A DNA stretch of 60,834 nucleotides from Myxococcota bacterium (GTDB taxonomy: Bacteria > Myxococcota_A > UBA9160 > PR03): contig JBFGIM010000001.1 of assembly GCA_041577695.1 (NCBI GenBank), positions 1 through 60,834 on the forward strand. The letters are read 5' to 3'. The translations under genes and the position numbers were made by a program. Shown here in pieces: positions 1-11,683 of the stretch. The notes below the pieces were generated by a model. The model had not been told where the DNA came from. It saw nothing but the letters and a program-made list of their open reading frames with translations, and did no database searches. How positions within the stretch are numbered: position 1 is the stretch's first letter; each line of letters starts with the position of its first letter.

Positions 1-168
1 CTGAACCCGAAGGACGTCGAGACGCTCGAGACCGGCACGCGCATCTACGAGGCGCTGGTGGGCGAGGGCATCGACGCGCTGCTCGACGACCGCGACGAGC
101 GGCCCGGCGTCAAGTTCAAGGACGTCGAGCTGATCGGCATCCCGTGGCGGATCACGATCGGGCGCGCC
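1..168 (+). pseudogene. proS: Inverted fragment of prolyl-tRNA synthetase (C-terminal anticodon-binding region), continuing off the left edge of the window
   Basis: Frame 1 of the + strand reads [56 protein letters not shown]. This is typical of the ProRS C-terminal domain, but it is in the opposite orientation to the rest of proS. Confidence 0.6.
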
Positions 169-1460
169 TTGCCGTTCTCGTCGAGCACGCTGGCGGCGAG
201 CGCCTCGCTGTACTTGGTGCCGAGCTTGAAGATGTGGCCGACTTCGATGGTCTTCTGCACCGCCAGCGGTGCGTCGCACGCGGGACATCCCTCGCCGTCG
301 CGCACCTCGCGAAGGTCGCACCACGCGTCCACCGCGATGTCGCGCTCCACGTCCACGCCGCGCAGGTGGTGGTCGTCGCGGTTGGCGCCGGTGGTCATGG
401 CGCGGCGGCCGCGCAGCGCCTCGTCGGCCAGCACGCGCGGACCGGAGACGCCGACTGCGCCCAGGCTGCCCGCCGATGCGCCCAACGCGGCGCGGATCTC
501 CTCGGCGCCGGCGGGGCGCAGCTCGCGCGCTCCGGTCGCGTCGGCCAGCTTCTGCTCCGAGAGCGGATGGTCGCCGCGCAGCAGCACCAGTGCTGCGGCG
601 CCGTCGAGCACGTAGACCAGGGTCTTGATCTGGCGGTCGGCGGGCGCGCCACCCTCGAAGGCGGCCAGGTCCTCGATGGTGCGGACGCCCGGCGTCGGGA
701 ACGCCTCGGGCGCGGCAGCGCCGACGGGGTCCTCCAGCGCCGGCAGCGCGGAGCAGGCCTTCTCCACGTTCGCCGCGTAGCCGCAGGCGGCGCACGAAGC
801 CACCCAGTCCTCGCCGGCGTCGCTCGGCACCATGAACTCGATCGACTCGCTGCCGCCCATCGAGCCCGACGAGGCCTCGACCGCCAGCGGCTCGAGGCCG
901 CAGCGGTCGAAGATGCGCCGGTAGGCCTCGAAGTGCTGCTGGAAGGCGCGGTCGAGTCCGTCCGCGCCCACGTCGAACGAGTAGGAGTCCTTCATGGTGA
1001 ACTCGCGCACGCGCAGCAGGCCGGACTTGGGCCGGGGCTCGTCGCGGAACTTGTTCTGGAGCTGGAACCAGATCTGCGGCAGCGCCCGGTAGCTGCGGAT
1101 CTCGGTGGCCAGCGTCGCGAAGATCTCCTCGTGGGTCATGCCCAGGCAGAGCTCGCTCTGGCGCCGGTCGCGCAGGCGGAACATCTCCTCGCCCATCACC
1201 TCCCAGCGACCCGAACGCTGCCAGATCTCGGCGGGCTGGAGCGCGGGCAGCCGGAACTCCTGGCCCCCGATCCGCTCCATCTCCTCGCGGACGATGGCTT
1301 CGATCTTGCGACACACGCGCCAGCCGAGCGGAAGGATCGAGTAGACCCCCGACATCAGCTGGCGGATCAGGCCGGCGCGCACCAACAGCTTGTGGCTGAT
1401 CGCTTCGGCGTCGGCCGGATCGTCGCGCAGCGTGGGTATGAAGGCCTGGGACCAGTGCAC
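45..1460 (-). CDS. proS: Prolyl-tRNA synthetase, class II. The N-terminal ~435 aa are family-typical; the ORF tail after ...[10 protein letters not shown] (below ~153) is non-homologous.
   Basis: [35 protein letters not shown]..., [25 protein letters not shown] and [14 protein letters not shown] match ProRS. The last 35 aa are Ser/Pro-rich nonsense, and motif 3 plus the anticodon-binding domain are missing on this strand. Confidence 0.85.
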   Translation of the reverse strand: MHWSQAFIPTLRDDPADAEAISHKLLVRAGLIRQLMSGVYSILPLGWRVCRKIEAIVREEMERIGGQEFRLPALQPAEIWQRSGRWEVMGEEMFRLRDRRQSELCLGMTHEEIFATLATEIRSYRALPQIWFQLQNKFRDEPRPKSGLLRVREFTMKDSYSFDVGADGLDRAFQQHFEAYRRIFDRCGLEPLAVEASSGSMGGSESIEFMVPSDAGEDWVASCAACGYAANVEKACSALPALEDPVGAAAPEAFPTPGVRTIEDLAAFEGGAPADRQIKTLVYVLDGAAALVLLRGDHPLSEQKLADATGARELRPAGAEEIRAALGASAGSLGAVGVSGPRVLADEALRGRRAMTTGANRDDHHLRGVDVERDIAVDAWCDLREVRDGEGCPACDAPLAVQKTIEVGHIFKLGTKYSEALAASVLDENGKARPIVIRHGMPISSTSLNLTPGRSSRSSSSASMPSPTSAS

Positions 1461-1472
1461 GGGATGGGGAGG

Positions 1473-2630
1473 CTAACCCCCGCCGTCCAGCAACGCGAGC
1501 ACGCCCGCGTAGGTGAGCAGCTCCGTGCGCCCCGCGATCGGTCCGATCTGGAACGAGCCGAAGAGGCCCGCGAACGGCCGTCCGAGCGCCTGGTCCAGGT
1601 AGCCGGCCTCGAGTCCTTCGTGGCCGAACAGGCCGAGACCGCGGCCCGCGCAGCTCAAGTAGACCGCCGCCCGGGCGTCGCTGGCGGCGGCGACGTCGAG
1701 CGAGCGCTTGAGCTCCTCGCGCGCGAGGTCGGCATCGCGCAAGGCCAGGGTCAGACGCGTTCCGGCCCGCAAAGCCTGGGAAACGGCGAAGGCTCCCCGC
1801 TCCTCGTCGAACCCCGACACGTTGCGCACGACGAAGTCGCCGGAGTCGGGCCGCGCCCTGGCGGTGCGCGGCAGCGCGACCAGCAGCCGGCCCGATGCGC
1901 GCCGCAGGTCTGCGGCCAGGGGGTCGCGCGCCACCTCCCGATACACGTCGAGAGCCGGGCGGTGGTTCAGCTCGAGCACCCAGTGCCCCTCGCAGCGCGT
2001 CGCGATCCAGGGCTCGGTGATGGGGCGACAGCCCTGGGTGACGACCAGGCGCGGTGGCGCCGCACCGCGCAGCACCAGCCCGCTCAGCCCGCCGCGCATG
2101 GCGTGCCCGCCGCTCCACTGCGCGGCGGCGCTGCCGCGCCCGAGCACGGCCCCCCCACCGGTGAGCGTGGCCGGCGCCAGCGTGTCGGCCAGGCTGCGAA
2201 CCAGTCGCGGAGCATCGCACGCCAGCGGATCCACCCAGACCAGTACCAGGTCGTTTGCGTCGGCCGATCCGCCGAGCTGGGCCTCCAGCTCCACGCCCGT
2301 CGCGTCTTCGATGCCCGCGAGCTCGGGCATCCAGACCGGCGTCGCCTCGATGCCGTCGAGCGCCAGGACGGCGATGGCGGCGGTCGCCTCCTCCTGGCGC
2401 GAGCCGGCCACGACGCCGCCTCCGATCGCTCCGGCGACGGCTGAGGTCCCGAGGATCTCCGTGGCAGTCCGCGCCAGCGACGTGGCCGCGCCCTCGTGGT
2501 GGGGAGTCGCAAAGACCAGCGCTGCGTCGGCGCGAGAGCCGCCGCAGGCCTCGAGTGCCGCGGAGGCGGCCTCGACGACCGCAGTGACGGTGTCGGTTGC
2601 GGTCGAGAGGGCAGCTCCGGCTCGCAGCAT
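1473..2630 (-). CDS. FIST-domain signal-transduction protein (FIST_N + FIST_C)
   Basis: The layout is typical of the FIST family, with a C-terminal FGSFQIGPIAG...LLTYAGVLALL motif. The start was taken at the internal ATG (MLRAGAALS...); the track ORF extends to 2711. Confidence 0.7.
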   Translation of the reverse strand: MLRAGAALSTATDTVTAVVEAASAALEACGGSRADAALVFATPHHEGAATSLARTATEILGTSAVAGAIGGGVVAGSRQEEATAAIAVLALDGIEATPVWMPELAGIEDATGVELEAQLGGSADANDLVLVWVDPLACDAPRLVRSLADTLAPATLTGGGAVLGRGSAAAQWSGGHAMRGGLSGLVLRGAAPPRLVVTQGCRPITEPWIATRCEGHWVLELNHRPALDVYREVARDPLAADLRRASGRLLVALPRTARARPDSGDFVVRNVSGFDEERGAFAVSQALRAGTRLTLALRDADLAREELKRSLDVAAASDARAAVYLSCAGRGLGLFGHEGLEAGYLDQALGRPFAGLFGSFQIGPIAGRTELLTYAGVLALLDGGG

Positions 2631-2774
2631 CGGGTGGGAGCATAGGGGTGCCGCAGCACCGGCGAAGCCCACGGGTGCCGACCCGGCGCAAGAGCTGCTC
2701 TCGAATGGCACGAAGGGGGTGAAATCACCACTGCCGTTGGGGCGTGGTTCCCTCCGGGCCTGCCTTCGGCTAGC

Positions 2775-4013
2775 ATGCGTCTCTTCGCCGTTTCACCCTC
2801 CTCGGCGAGGTGCCTCCCGAAAGAAGCTGGGAAAACCACGCCCCTAGGCCGGGATGGACATTTGGCGGACTACGAGCGCATCGAACATGAGGATGAGCTC
2901 AAGGCCCTGGCCAAGGACTTGTTGCGGGAGAAGGTAGTCGCGGTCGATACCGAGGCCGACAGCTTCTACCACTACTTCGACAAGACCTGCTTGGTACAGA
3001 TCGCCTCGAGCAAAGGGATCTTCCTGGTGGATCCCCTCGCCCTCGGGGGGCCGGCCGAGTTGCGGCCGCTGGCACCCGTGTTCGCGTCGAAGAAGATCCG
3101 GAAGGTGTTCCACGCCGCCGAGTACGACCTCTTCGTACTCAAGCGCGACTGTGGCTTCGAGTTCGCCAACCTCTTCGACACCATGATCTCCGCGCAGCTG
3201 CTGGGTTATCCCGCCGTCGGACTGGCGGCGCTGGCGAAGCGACACTTCAAAGTGACGCTTCCCAAGGACGAGCAGCGCTCGGACTGGTCGGCGCGTCCGC
3301 TGCGCGAGACCCAGATGACCTACGCCGCGGCCGACGTGATCTACCTGATCCGACTGGCGGATGCGCTCGAGGCCGAGCTCGCCGAGCACGACCGGACGGG
3401 CTGGGCCCAGGAGGAGTTCGAGACCCTCGTGAAGCGCGAGTGGCCGGCCCGCACCTTCGACGAGCAGGGCTACCTGCGCATCAAGGGCGCCCGAGGGCTC
3501 GACCCCACGGCCCTGGGGATCCTGCGCGAGCTGTTCCTGACCTGCGATGCGCGCGCCCGCGAGGTGGACCGGCCCCCGTTCAAGGTGCTTGGGAATCGCG
3601 CGTTGATCGAGATCGCCCAGCGCCAGCCCACCTCGATGGCGCAGCTCAGCGAGATCAAGGGCGTGACCGACCTGATCATGCGCCGGCTGGGCCGCGAGAT
3701 CATGGCGGCGGTGGAACGGGGCGCGAAGAAGCCGCATGGACCGGTCAAGAAGGCCAACGGCACTGGTCGCCGGCGCATGGACCGCCGCACCGAGCGCCGT
3801 CTGACCCGACTCAAGCGCTGGCGCTCGGCCCGCGCCAAGGAGCTGTCGATCGATCCCGGTGTGCTGTGCCCCAACAGCGCGCTCGAAGCCATCGCCTGGG
3901 CCAAGCCCGGCAAGGTGGCGGAGCTGCGCGAGCTGCCCGAGTTGAAGGGCTGGTTCGCGAAGGAGTTCGGCCGCGAGGTGCTGGAAACCCTCGCCGACGA
4001 CGAACAGGCCTGA
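2775..4013 (+). CDS. rnd: Ribonuclease D (3'-5' exonuclease domain plus HRDC domains)
   Basis: VAVDTEADSFYHYFDKTCLVQIAS, KVFHAAEYDLFVLKRD and QMTYAAADVIYL are DEDDy exonuclease motifs. An alternative in-frame TTG start lies at 2862. Confidence 0.85.
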   Translation: MRLFAVSPSSARCLPKEAGKTTPLGRDGHLADYERIEHEDELKALAKDLLREKVVAVDTEADSFYHYFDKTCLVQIASSKGIFLVDPLALGGPAELRPLAPVFASKKIRKVFHAAEYDLFVLKRDCGFEFANLFDTMISAQLLGYPAVGLAALAKRHFKVTLPKDEQRSDWSARPLRETQMTYAAADVIYLIRLADALEAELAEHDRTGWAQEEFETLVKREWPARTFDEQGYLRIKGARGLDPTALGILRELFLTCDARAREVDRPPFKVLGNRALIEIAQRQPTSMAQLSEIKGVTDLIMRRLGREIMAAVERGAKKPHGPVKKANGTGRRRMDRRTERRLTRLKRWRSARAKELSIDPGVLCPNSALEAIAWAKPGKVAELRELPELKGWFAKEFGREVLETLADDEQA

Positions 4014-4051
4014 GCGTCGCGCCGGGCGTGTGGATCATCCCCATCGAACAA

Positions 4052-4090
4052 AGCCCCCCGACCAACCTGGTCGGGGGGCTGTTCGTTCTG
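4052..4090 (+). terminator. Rho-independent terminator candidate after rnd
   Basis: A perfect 12-bp stem pairs AGCCCCCCGACC (4052-4063) with GGTCGGGGGGCT (4069-4080) around a 5-nt loop, followed by GTTCGTTCTG. A second, weaker hairpin CCCCG/CGGGG at ~4103-4119 is followed by TGCCTGTTTTCTT. Confidence 0.6.
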
Positions 4091-4433
4091 GTACCCCGGA
4101 GGCCCCGAGAAAGGCGGGGTGCCTGTTTTCTTGGGGGAAAGCGCCTCTTCGTGGGTGCGATCCCGAGGCCTCCGAGATTCCGATCGCGACCGGTGAGCGC
4201 GCCCGATGCCACCTGCCGCGATCGATCCAGAACGTCTCCACCGATAGGCAAAAGCAGAGATCGTGCCAGTTCCGGTACGAGCTGGTGGACACCTTCCAAC
4301 TCCCTGCATTCATGGAGCTTTCCTCGAATCGGGCGGCCGGGCACGACTCTACCCTGGATGCAAACATCGGTGGCAGGTCCTGGTGCCCCGATAATGGGTC
4401 CATGACCGTCCCGGGCTACAGGTCATCGATTTC

Positions 4434-5588
4434 ATGAGACTTCTGGCTGCTGCTCCGAATGCCGCCAGAGGCGGCGGTGCAGCCGTTCGCGTCGTCGTGT
4501 TGGCGGCGCTCGTGGTGGGCTGCGCGGGCAGCATCGATCGCTCCGACCGCGGCGGCGGGCTGAGCGTCCACGCGGCCTTCGCGGACGCATCGGATCGGGG
4601 CTGCGCCTGGTTCGGGGACGCCCGGGGCGACGTGCTCTACTTCGGCCAAGCCGCCTTCTGGCACAGCTTTCGCCGCGGCGGCGGCGATCCGCGCGCACAC
4701 CTGGAGACGTCCGGTCCCCAGCGGGTGGGGCGCTTCGACCTGGCCCGCGAGCGCTTCCTCGCGCCCCTCGAGGTCGGAGCCGGCAACGCCTCGGGCACGT
4801 GGGACGTCTTCGCCCATGCCAACGGACGGGTCTACTTCTCGACCTTCTTCGACCTGGCCGGCTACGTGGAGCCCGCCAGCGGCCGCGCGGTCCGCTTCCC
4901 TGCCCTGGGTACGGGTCTGAACGAGCTGGCCGCCGGCCCGGACGGCGACCTGGTGGCGACCCGCTACGCCTCCGAGGGCGGAGGCGGAGGCTCCGTCGTC
5001 CACTTTGGTCCGGACGGCGAGCTGCGCGCGGAATTCCGGCTCGCGGACGAGCCCGGCGTGCGGGCGCTGGCCAAGAGCGTGTCCTTCGACCCGGTGCGGC
5101 GAACCCTGTGGGTCAACACGGATCGGATCGATGACGCCGGCGAGCCGATCGGTCACGACGCCCGCGTCCTCGAGGTTGGCGGCGGAGCCGAACGACTCCG
5201 CATCGACCACCCGGAGCTGCACTTCGTCGACTTCGACGCCCGCGGCCGAGGAGTCTTCGCCTGGCGCGACGGAGCCCGACTGACGCTGCGCCTGGTCGAA
5301 CCCGGACGGGCCACGGGCGCCGCCGCCGGGCGGGAGATCGTGCTGGACCTCGACTTCGATGCCCGCCACGATTTCGTCCAGGAGGCCCGCGCCACGCCCG
5401 ACGGTGGCGCCCTGGTCACGCGCTGGAGCGGCGTGGTCCAGCGGGTCGACCCGAGCGGTGCGGTGCATCGCGTGGACCTGCCGCGAGACGGCGACGGTGG
5501 CCTCTACTACAGCGCCTTCCTCCGGGCCGGCCGCGTCTGCGCCACCTACTGCGCGGGGATCCGCATCGTCTGCGCTCCATCGCCGTAG
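4434..5588 (+). CDS. Hypothetical lipoprotein, repeat-rich (beta-propeller-like by sequence pattern)
   Basis: It has a signal peptide with the lipobox LVVGC. Repeated short strands (GDLVATRY, RTLWVNT, GALVTRWSG) suggest a propeller. No family was assigned. Confidence 0.7.
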   Translation: MRLLAAAPNAARGGGAAVRVVVLAALVVGCAGSIDRSDRGGGLSVHAAFADASDRGCAWFGDARGDVLYFGQAAFWHSFRRGGGDPRAHLETSGPQRVGRFDLARERFLAPLEVGAGNASGTWDVFAHANGRVYFSTFFDLAGYVEPASGRAVRFPALGTGLNELAAGPDGDLVATRYASEGGGGGSVVHFGPDGELRAEFRLADEPGVRALAKSVSFDPVRRTLWVNTDRIDDAGEPIGHDARVLEVGGGAERLRIDHPELHFVDFDARGRGVFAWRDGARLTLRLVEPGRATGAAAGREIVLDLDFDARHDFVQEARATPDGGALVTRWSGVVQRVDPSGAVHRVDLPRDGDGGLYYSAFLRAGRVCATYCAGIRIVCAPSP

Positions 5589-5608
5589 CCACGGCTCAGG
5601 GCGCAGAG

Positions 5609-6928
5609 ATGGTGTTATGCTCCAGCGCCGTGTTCGCCCAGCGCCGCCGCCAGATGCTCGAACTCATGGAGCCCGACTCGGTGGCGCTGCTGCTGGGTGC
5701 TCGACTCGCCCTCCGGTCGCGCGACACGCACTATCCGTTCCGGCAGGACAGCGACTTCCATTACCTGACCGGGTTCGACCATCCCCACGCCGCCGCGCTC
5801 CTCCGCACCGACGGCGGCCCCCCGTTCACGCTCTTCGTCGAGCCGCGCGACCGCGACGCGGAGATCTGGACCGGCTACCGGCCCGGCGTCGAAGGGGCGG
5901 TCGCGGACTTCGGTGCCGACGCGGCGCACCCCATCGAAGAGCTGGTGGCGCGATTGCCCGAATTCCTCGAGCGCGCCCGCCACGTCTACCACGTGTTGGG
6001 GCGCGACGCGGCGATCGACGCCCGGCTCAGCGAATCCATCGAAGACGCCCGGCTGCGATCGCGCACCGGCGTGATCGCGCCGGGCGCCGTGCTCGACCCG
6101 CGCGTGGCGCTGCACGAGATGCGGCTGCACAAGGAGCCGGAAGAGATCGACCTGATGCGGCGGGCGGCGGAGATCAGCCGCGAGGCCCACGAAGCGGCCG
6201 CGCGCCAGGCACACCAGGGAGCCCACGAGTACGAGCTCCAGGCGACGCTCGACTACGAGTTCCGGCGCCGCGGCGCCTGGGGCCCCGCCTACGCTTCGAT
6301 CGTCGGCGGCGGCGCCAACGCCACCGTGTTGCACTACATCGCCAACGACCAGCCCCTGCGCGACGGCGACCTCGTCCTGATCGACGCCGGCTGCGAGGTG
6401 GCGGGCTACGCCTCCGACGTGACCCGCACCTATCCCGTGGGCGGCGTGTTCACCGGGCCCGCGCGCGATCTCTACCAGGTGGTGCTCGACGCCCAGGCCG
6501 ACGCACTCGATCTGGCCCGGCCCGGCGCCACCCTCGAAGACATCCACCAGGCTGCACTGCGGCGGCTGGTGCAGGGCATGGTCGCCCTCGGACTGCTGTC
6601 CGGCGACGTCGACGAGATCGTCCGCGACGGTCGCTACCGGCGCTACTACATGCACCGCACCTCGCACTGGTTGGGGCTCGACGTCCACGACGTGGGTGAC
6701 TACTCGAAGGGCGGCAAGCCGCGCCCGCTCGAGCCCGGCATGGTCTTCACCGTGGAGCCCGGCCTCTACGTCCCAGCCTCGGACGAGGAAGCGCCGGAGC
6801 GGTTCCGCGGCATCGGCATCCGCATCGAGGACGACGTCGTCGTCACCGAGGACGGACACGAGAATCTCAGTGCGTCGATCCCGAAGCGGATCGACGCCCT
6901 CGAAGCCCTGGTCCGCTCCGGACGCTGA
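5609..6928 (+). CDS. pepP: Xaa-Pro aminopeptidase (aminopeptidase P, M24B)
   Basis: HYPFRQDSDFHYLTGF, DLVLIDAGCEVAGYASDVTRT, HWLGLDVHD and VFTVEPGLY match the family. Confidence 0.9.
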   Translation: MVLCSSAVFAQRRRQMLELMEPDSVALLLGARLALRSRDTHYPFRQDSDFHYLTGFDHPHAAALLRTDGGPPFTLFVEPRDRDAEIWTGYRPGVEGAVADFGADAAHPIEELVARLPEFLERARHVYHVLGRDAAIDARLSESIEDARLRSRTGVIAPGAVLDPRVALHEMRLHKEPEEIDLMRRAAEISREAHEAAARQAHQGAHEYELQATLDYEFRRRGAWGPAYASIVGGGANATVLHYIANDQPLRDGDLVLIDAGCEVAGYASDVTRTYPVGGVFTGPARDLYQVVLDAQADALDLARPGATLEDIHQAALRRLVQGMVALGLLSGDVDEIVRDGRYRRYYMHRTSHWLGLDVHDVGDYSKGGKPRPLEPGMVFTVEPGLYVPASDEEAPERFRGIGIRIEDDVVVTEDGHENLSASIPKRIDALEALVRSGR

Positions 6929-6949
6929 CAGAGAGGAACGCCAGCCGTC

Positions 6950-8902
<1,953 letters not shown>

Positions 8903-8982
8903 GCCGACCCGAACAGGGGTGCTAATGTCCGCGCGCCCGGTTTCGACCGCGGCGCCGCGGCCTCTTCCATGGAGTCGAAAAC

Positions 8983-9540
8983 ATGACCCCCCATATCTTC
9001 CGATCGATCCGAACCGCCGCGCTTGCCACGGCGATCGCGCTGCCCCTGGGCTGTGGCGGCGACGACCTCGAGGAGCAGCTCGAACGCGCCAGCCACGCGG
9101 TGAGCGAATCTCGCGCCCAGCTCGAGGAGTCGCGCAAGGCGGTGCTCGACAAGGAGAATGCCGTCACCGAGGCGAAGGCGAAGCTGGACGCGGCGCGCGC
9201 CGAGCTCCAGGAAGCCCGCACCGAGCTGGCCGAGGACGAGCGTGCCTTGGCCCAGGCGGAGGAACGCATCTACAGCGGTGACACCGACGCCCTGCTGTTC
9301 CGCGCGGTGCAGCAGCGGCTGCTGGAGGACGGCTCGCTGAAGGGCACGGCCGTATCCGCCCAGGTGGCGCGGGGACGCGTGACCCTGCGCGGACAGGTCG
9401 CCAGCGAGCGGCTCCGCAAGCGCGCCCTCGAGGTGGCCAGCGAGACCCCGGGCGTGGTCGAAGTGATCGACGAGATCTCGGTGCGCGCGCCCGCGGCCAA
9501 GCCGGAGCCCGCCGCCAGCGCCGAGGGCGAGGCCTCCTAG
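8983..9540 (+). CDS. Lipoprotein with a coiled-coil region and a C-terminal BON domain
   Basis: The lipobox is LPLGC. A heptad-like Glu/Ala/Lys-rich segment follows. The C-terminus VSAQVARGRVTLRGQVASERLRKRALEVASETPGVVEVIDEI is BON-like. Confidence 0.75.
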   Translation: MTPHIFRSIRTAALATAIALPLGCGGDDLEEQLERASHAVSESRAQLEESRKAVLDKENAVTEAKAKLDAARAELQEARTELAEDERALAQAEERIYSGDTDALLFRAVQQRLLEDGSLKGTAVSAQVARGRVTLRGQVASERLRKRALEVASETPGVVEVIDEISVRAPAAKPEPAASAEGEAS

Positions 9541-9553
9541 CGACGAACCTGCC

Positions 9554-10159
9554 CTAGGCCTCGAGCGAGGGCGGGTTGCTCGAGCGTTGTCCCACGAACC
9601 AGTCGCCCCCTTCGCTCCGCGTGAGCAGCCCTGCCTCGCCGAGACCGGGTCGATCGGGCTCGGGCTTCTCGCCAGTCAGCCGCTGCTGGATGGCGCGGAC
9701 GACTCCCTTGTGCGCGACCACCAGGGCGCCGGTGACCCCGCTGGCGAGCAGCCGCTCCAAACCGCGCTCGACGCGCGCCCGGAAGTCGGCGCGCAGCTCA
9801 CCGCCCGGGAACTCGAAGCTCTCGCTGCCACTGCGCCACTCCGCGTAGAGCACCGGGTCCGCGGCTTCGATCTCCGCCGGGGTCAAGCCCTCCCAGCGCC
9901 CGAAGTGGATCTCCCGGAAGTCGGGCTCGATCTGGATCGGGGCCTCGCCCACCAGCACCGCCGCGGACTGCCAGGCTCGCCGTTTGGGGCTCGAGGCCAC
10001 GCAGTCGAGCACCTGTCCCGACAGCGCCGCGCGAGCGGCGCGCATCTGCTCGCGACCTTCGGGCGAGAGCTCGGGATCTCCGCTCCCGATCATGCGCTCG
10101 CTCGAGCGCCCGTTGCTCTCGCCGTGACGCACCAGGACGAGGCGGCGTAGCTCAGACAT
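9554..10159 (-). CDS. Histidine phosphatase family protein (phosphoglycerate mutase-like)
   Basis: The N-terminal LVLVRHGES motif (RHG catalytic motif) and a length of 201 aa fit the family. Confidence 0.8.
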   Translation of the reverse strand: MSELRRLVLVRHGESNGRSSERMIGSGDPELSPEGREQMRAARAALSGQVLDCVASSPKRRAWQSAAVLVGEAPIQIEPDFREIHFGRWEGLTPAEIEAADPVLYAEWRSGSESFEFPGGELRADFRARVERGLERLLASGVTGALVVAHKGVVRAIQQRLTGEKPEPDRPGLGEAGLLTRSEGGDWFVGQRSSNPPSLEA

Positions 10160-10325
10160 CGACCATCCTCCAGCTGGAAAGAAGGGGCGATCATCGGGAA
10201 CGGGCGTCGCCGCGTCAACGCGCGGCGGGTGTTACAATGCCGCGGCCCCCCGGTTCCACGATGCGATGTTCCGTGCGCGATCTCGCGAATCCCGCGCCGG
10301 CGCCGCCAAGGAAGGATCTCGCCGC

Positions 10326-11675
10326 ATGTCCGTTCGGGGGCTCGTCCTGTTGCTCTTTGCGCTGGGAGCGCTGCTGGTCGGCGCCGGGGCCGTGTTCCGC
10401 TGCGAGGGAGACCCGCCCCGCGTCGAGGCTCCGGAAGCCTGGCTGGTGGGACGCGCGCCGCGCCCGCTCGTGTTGGAGTTGAGCGACGAGGGCAGCGGCC
10501 TGCGCCAGGCCCGGGTCGTGCTCGTCCATGCCAAGGGAGAGACGGCCCTGGAAGCGCGCGACTTCCCTGGGGGCCCCATCCCCTTCCTGGATCCGACGAT
10601 CGCGCGCGAGACGCTCGAGGTGACGGTAGATGCGAAGGCGCTCGACCTCGAGGAGGGCGATGCGCGCTTGCGGGTGATCGCCCGCGATTGGAGCTGGAAC
10701 GATCTGCTGCGGGGCAACCTGGCCAGCGTCGAGATCCCGGTGACCATCGATCTGCGCCCGCCGCGCCTGCGGGCGAGTGCCGGCCTGACCTACGTCAAGC
10801 CCGGCGGTGCCGGCCTGCTGGTCTACGAAGTGCTGGAGGAGACGAGCCGGGACGGTGTCCAGGTGGGCGAGCGCTTCTTCCCCGGCGCGCCGATCGGCCC
10901 GGGCGACCCGCGCCGCGCCGCCCTGTTCGCCATCCCGGTGGACGCGGACCCCGACATCGAGGTGCGGCTGGTAGCCGAAGATCGGGCGGGGAACCAGACG
11001 TCCTCGGGAGCGGGTGTGCGGGTGCAGGAGCGGAGCTTCCCGGACGAGCCGATCCGACTCTCGCAACGCTTTCTCGACGGCAAGGCCACGCGGCTGGCGG
11101 AGGCCGTGGGCGTGGAGGCCTCCGATCCGATCGCGGCCTTCCAGGAGGTCAACACGCGGATCCGCGCGCGCGACGAGGCCCGCATCGGGGAGCTGCTGGC
11201 CGGCGCGGAGCCCGAGCGTCTCTTCGAGGGGCGCTTCGAGCAATGGGCCAACTCGAAGGTCACCAGTCGCTTCGCGGAGCGCCGCAGCTATCTCGTCGAT
11301 GGCGAGATCGTGTCGCGCGCCGTCCACTACGGCTACGACCTCGCTTCCACGGCCGGGGCTCCGGTCACCGCTGCGAACCGCGGGCGGGTACTCTTCGCCG
11401 GCGACCTCGGGATCTACGGTCAGTGCGTCATCCTCGACCACGGGATGGGCCTCGCCTCGCTCTACGGCCACCTGTCGAGCCTGACGGTGGCCGAGGGCGA
11501 CCCGGTCGAGAAGCGCCAGACCCTGGGCACCTCGGGCGACACCGGGCTCGCCGGTGGCGACCATCTGCACTTCGCCATCCTGGTGCACGGCGTCTATGTG
11601 GACCCGATCGAATGGTGGGACGCCAAGTGGGTGAGCGATCACGTCGAGTCCCGGCTGGCCACCCCCGCGCCGTAG
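10326..11675 (+). CDS. M23 family metallopeptidase with an N-terminal membrane anchor
   Basis: HYGYDLAS...ILDHGMGLASLYGHLS...GDTGLAGGDHLHFAILVHG carries the HxxxD and HxH motifs. The start was taken at the ATG preceded by AAGGAAGGA; the track ORF starts at 10266. Confidence 0.85.
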   Translation: MSVRGLVLLLFALGALLVGAGAVFRCEGDPPRVEAPEAWLVGRAPRPLVLELSDEGSGLRQARVVLVHAKGETALEARDFPGGPIPFLDPTIARETLEVTVDAKALDLEEGDARLRVIARDWSWNDLLRGNLASVEIPVTIDLRPPRLRASAGLTYVKPGGAGLLVYEVLEETSRDGVQVGERFFPGAPIGPGDPRRAALFAIPVDADPDIEVRLVAEDRAGNQTSSGAGVRVQERSFPDEPIRLSQRFLDGKATRLAEAVGVEASDPIAAFQEVNTRIRARDEARIGELLAGAEPERLFEGRFEQWANSKVTSRFAERRSYLVDGEIVSRAVHYGYDLASTAGAPVTAANRGRVLFAGDLGIYGQCVILDHGMGLASLYGHLSSLTVAEGDPVEKRQTLGTSGDTGLAGGDHLHFAILVHGVYVDPIEWWDAKWVSDHVESRLATPAP

Positions 11676-11683
11676 AAGTCGCG

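Noticed and set aside
3070-3085. Other TGGCAC-containing motifs: 3070..3085 in rnd, about 19313..19327 in tadG, and 42819..42825 at the dnaA start.
   Set aside because: They lie inside or at coding sequence, and the GC of the -12 element is missing or at 11-nt rather than 12-nt spacing from the GG.
10208-10238. A hairpin CGCCGCG-N6-CGCGGCG and a TACAAT hexamer in the divergent spacer before the M23 peptidase gene.
   Set aside because: There is no -35 at a usable spacing, and short GC palindromes of this kind are frequent in GC-rich DNA. It is too weak to call.
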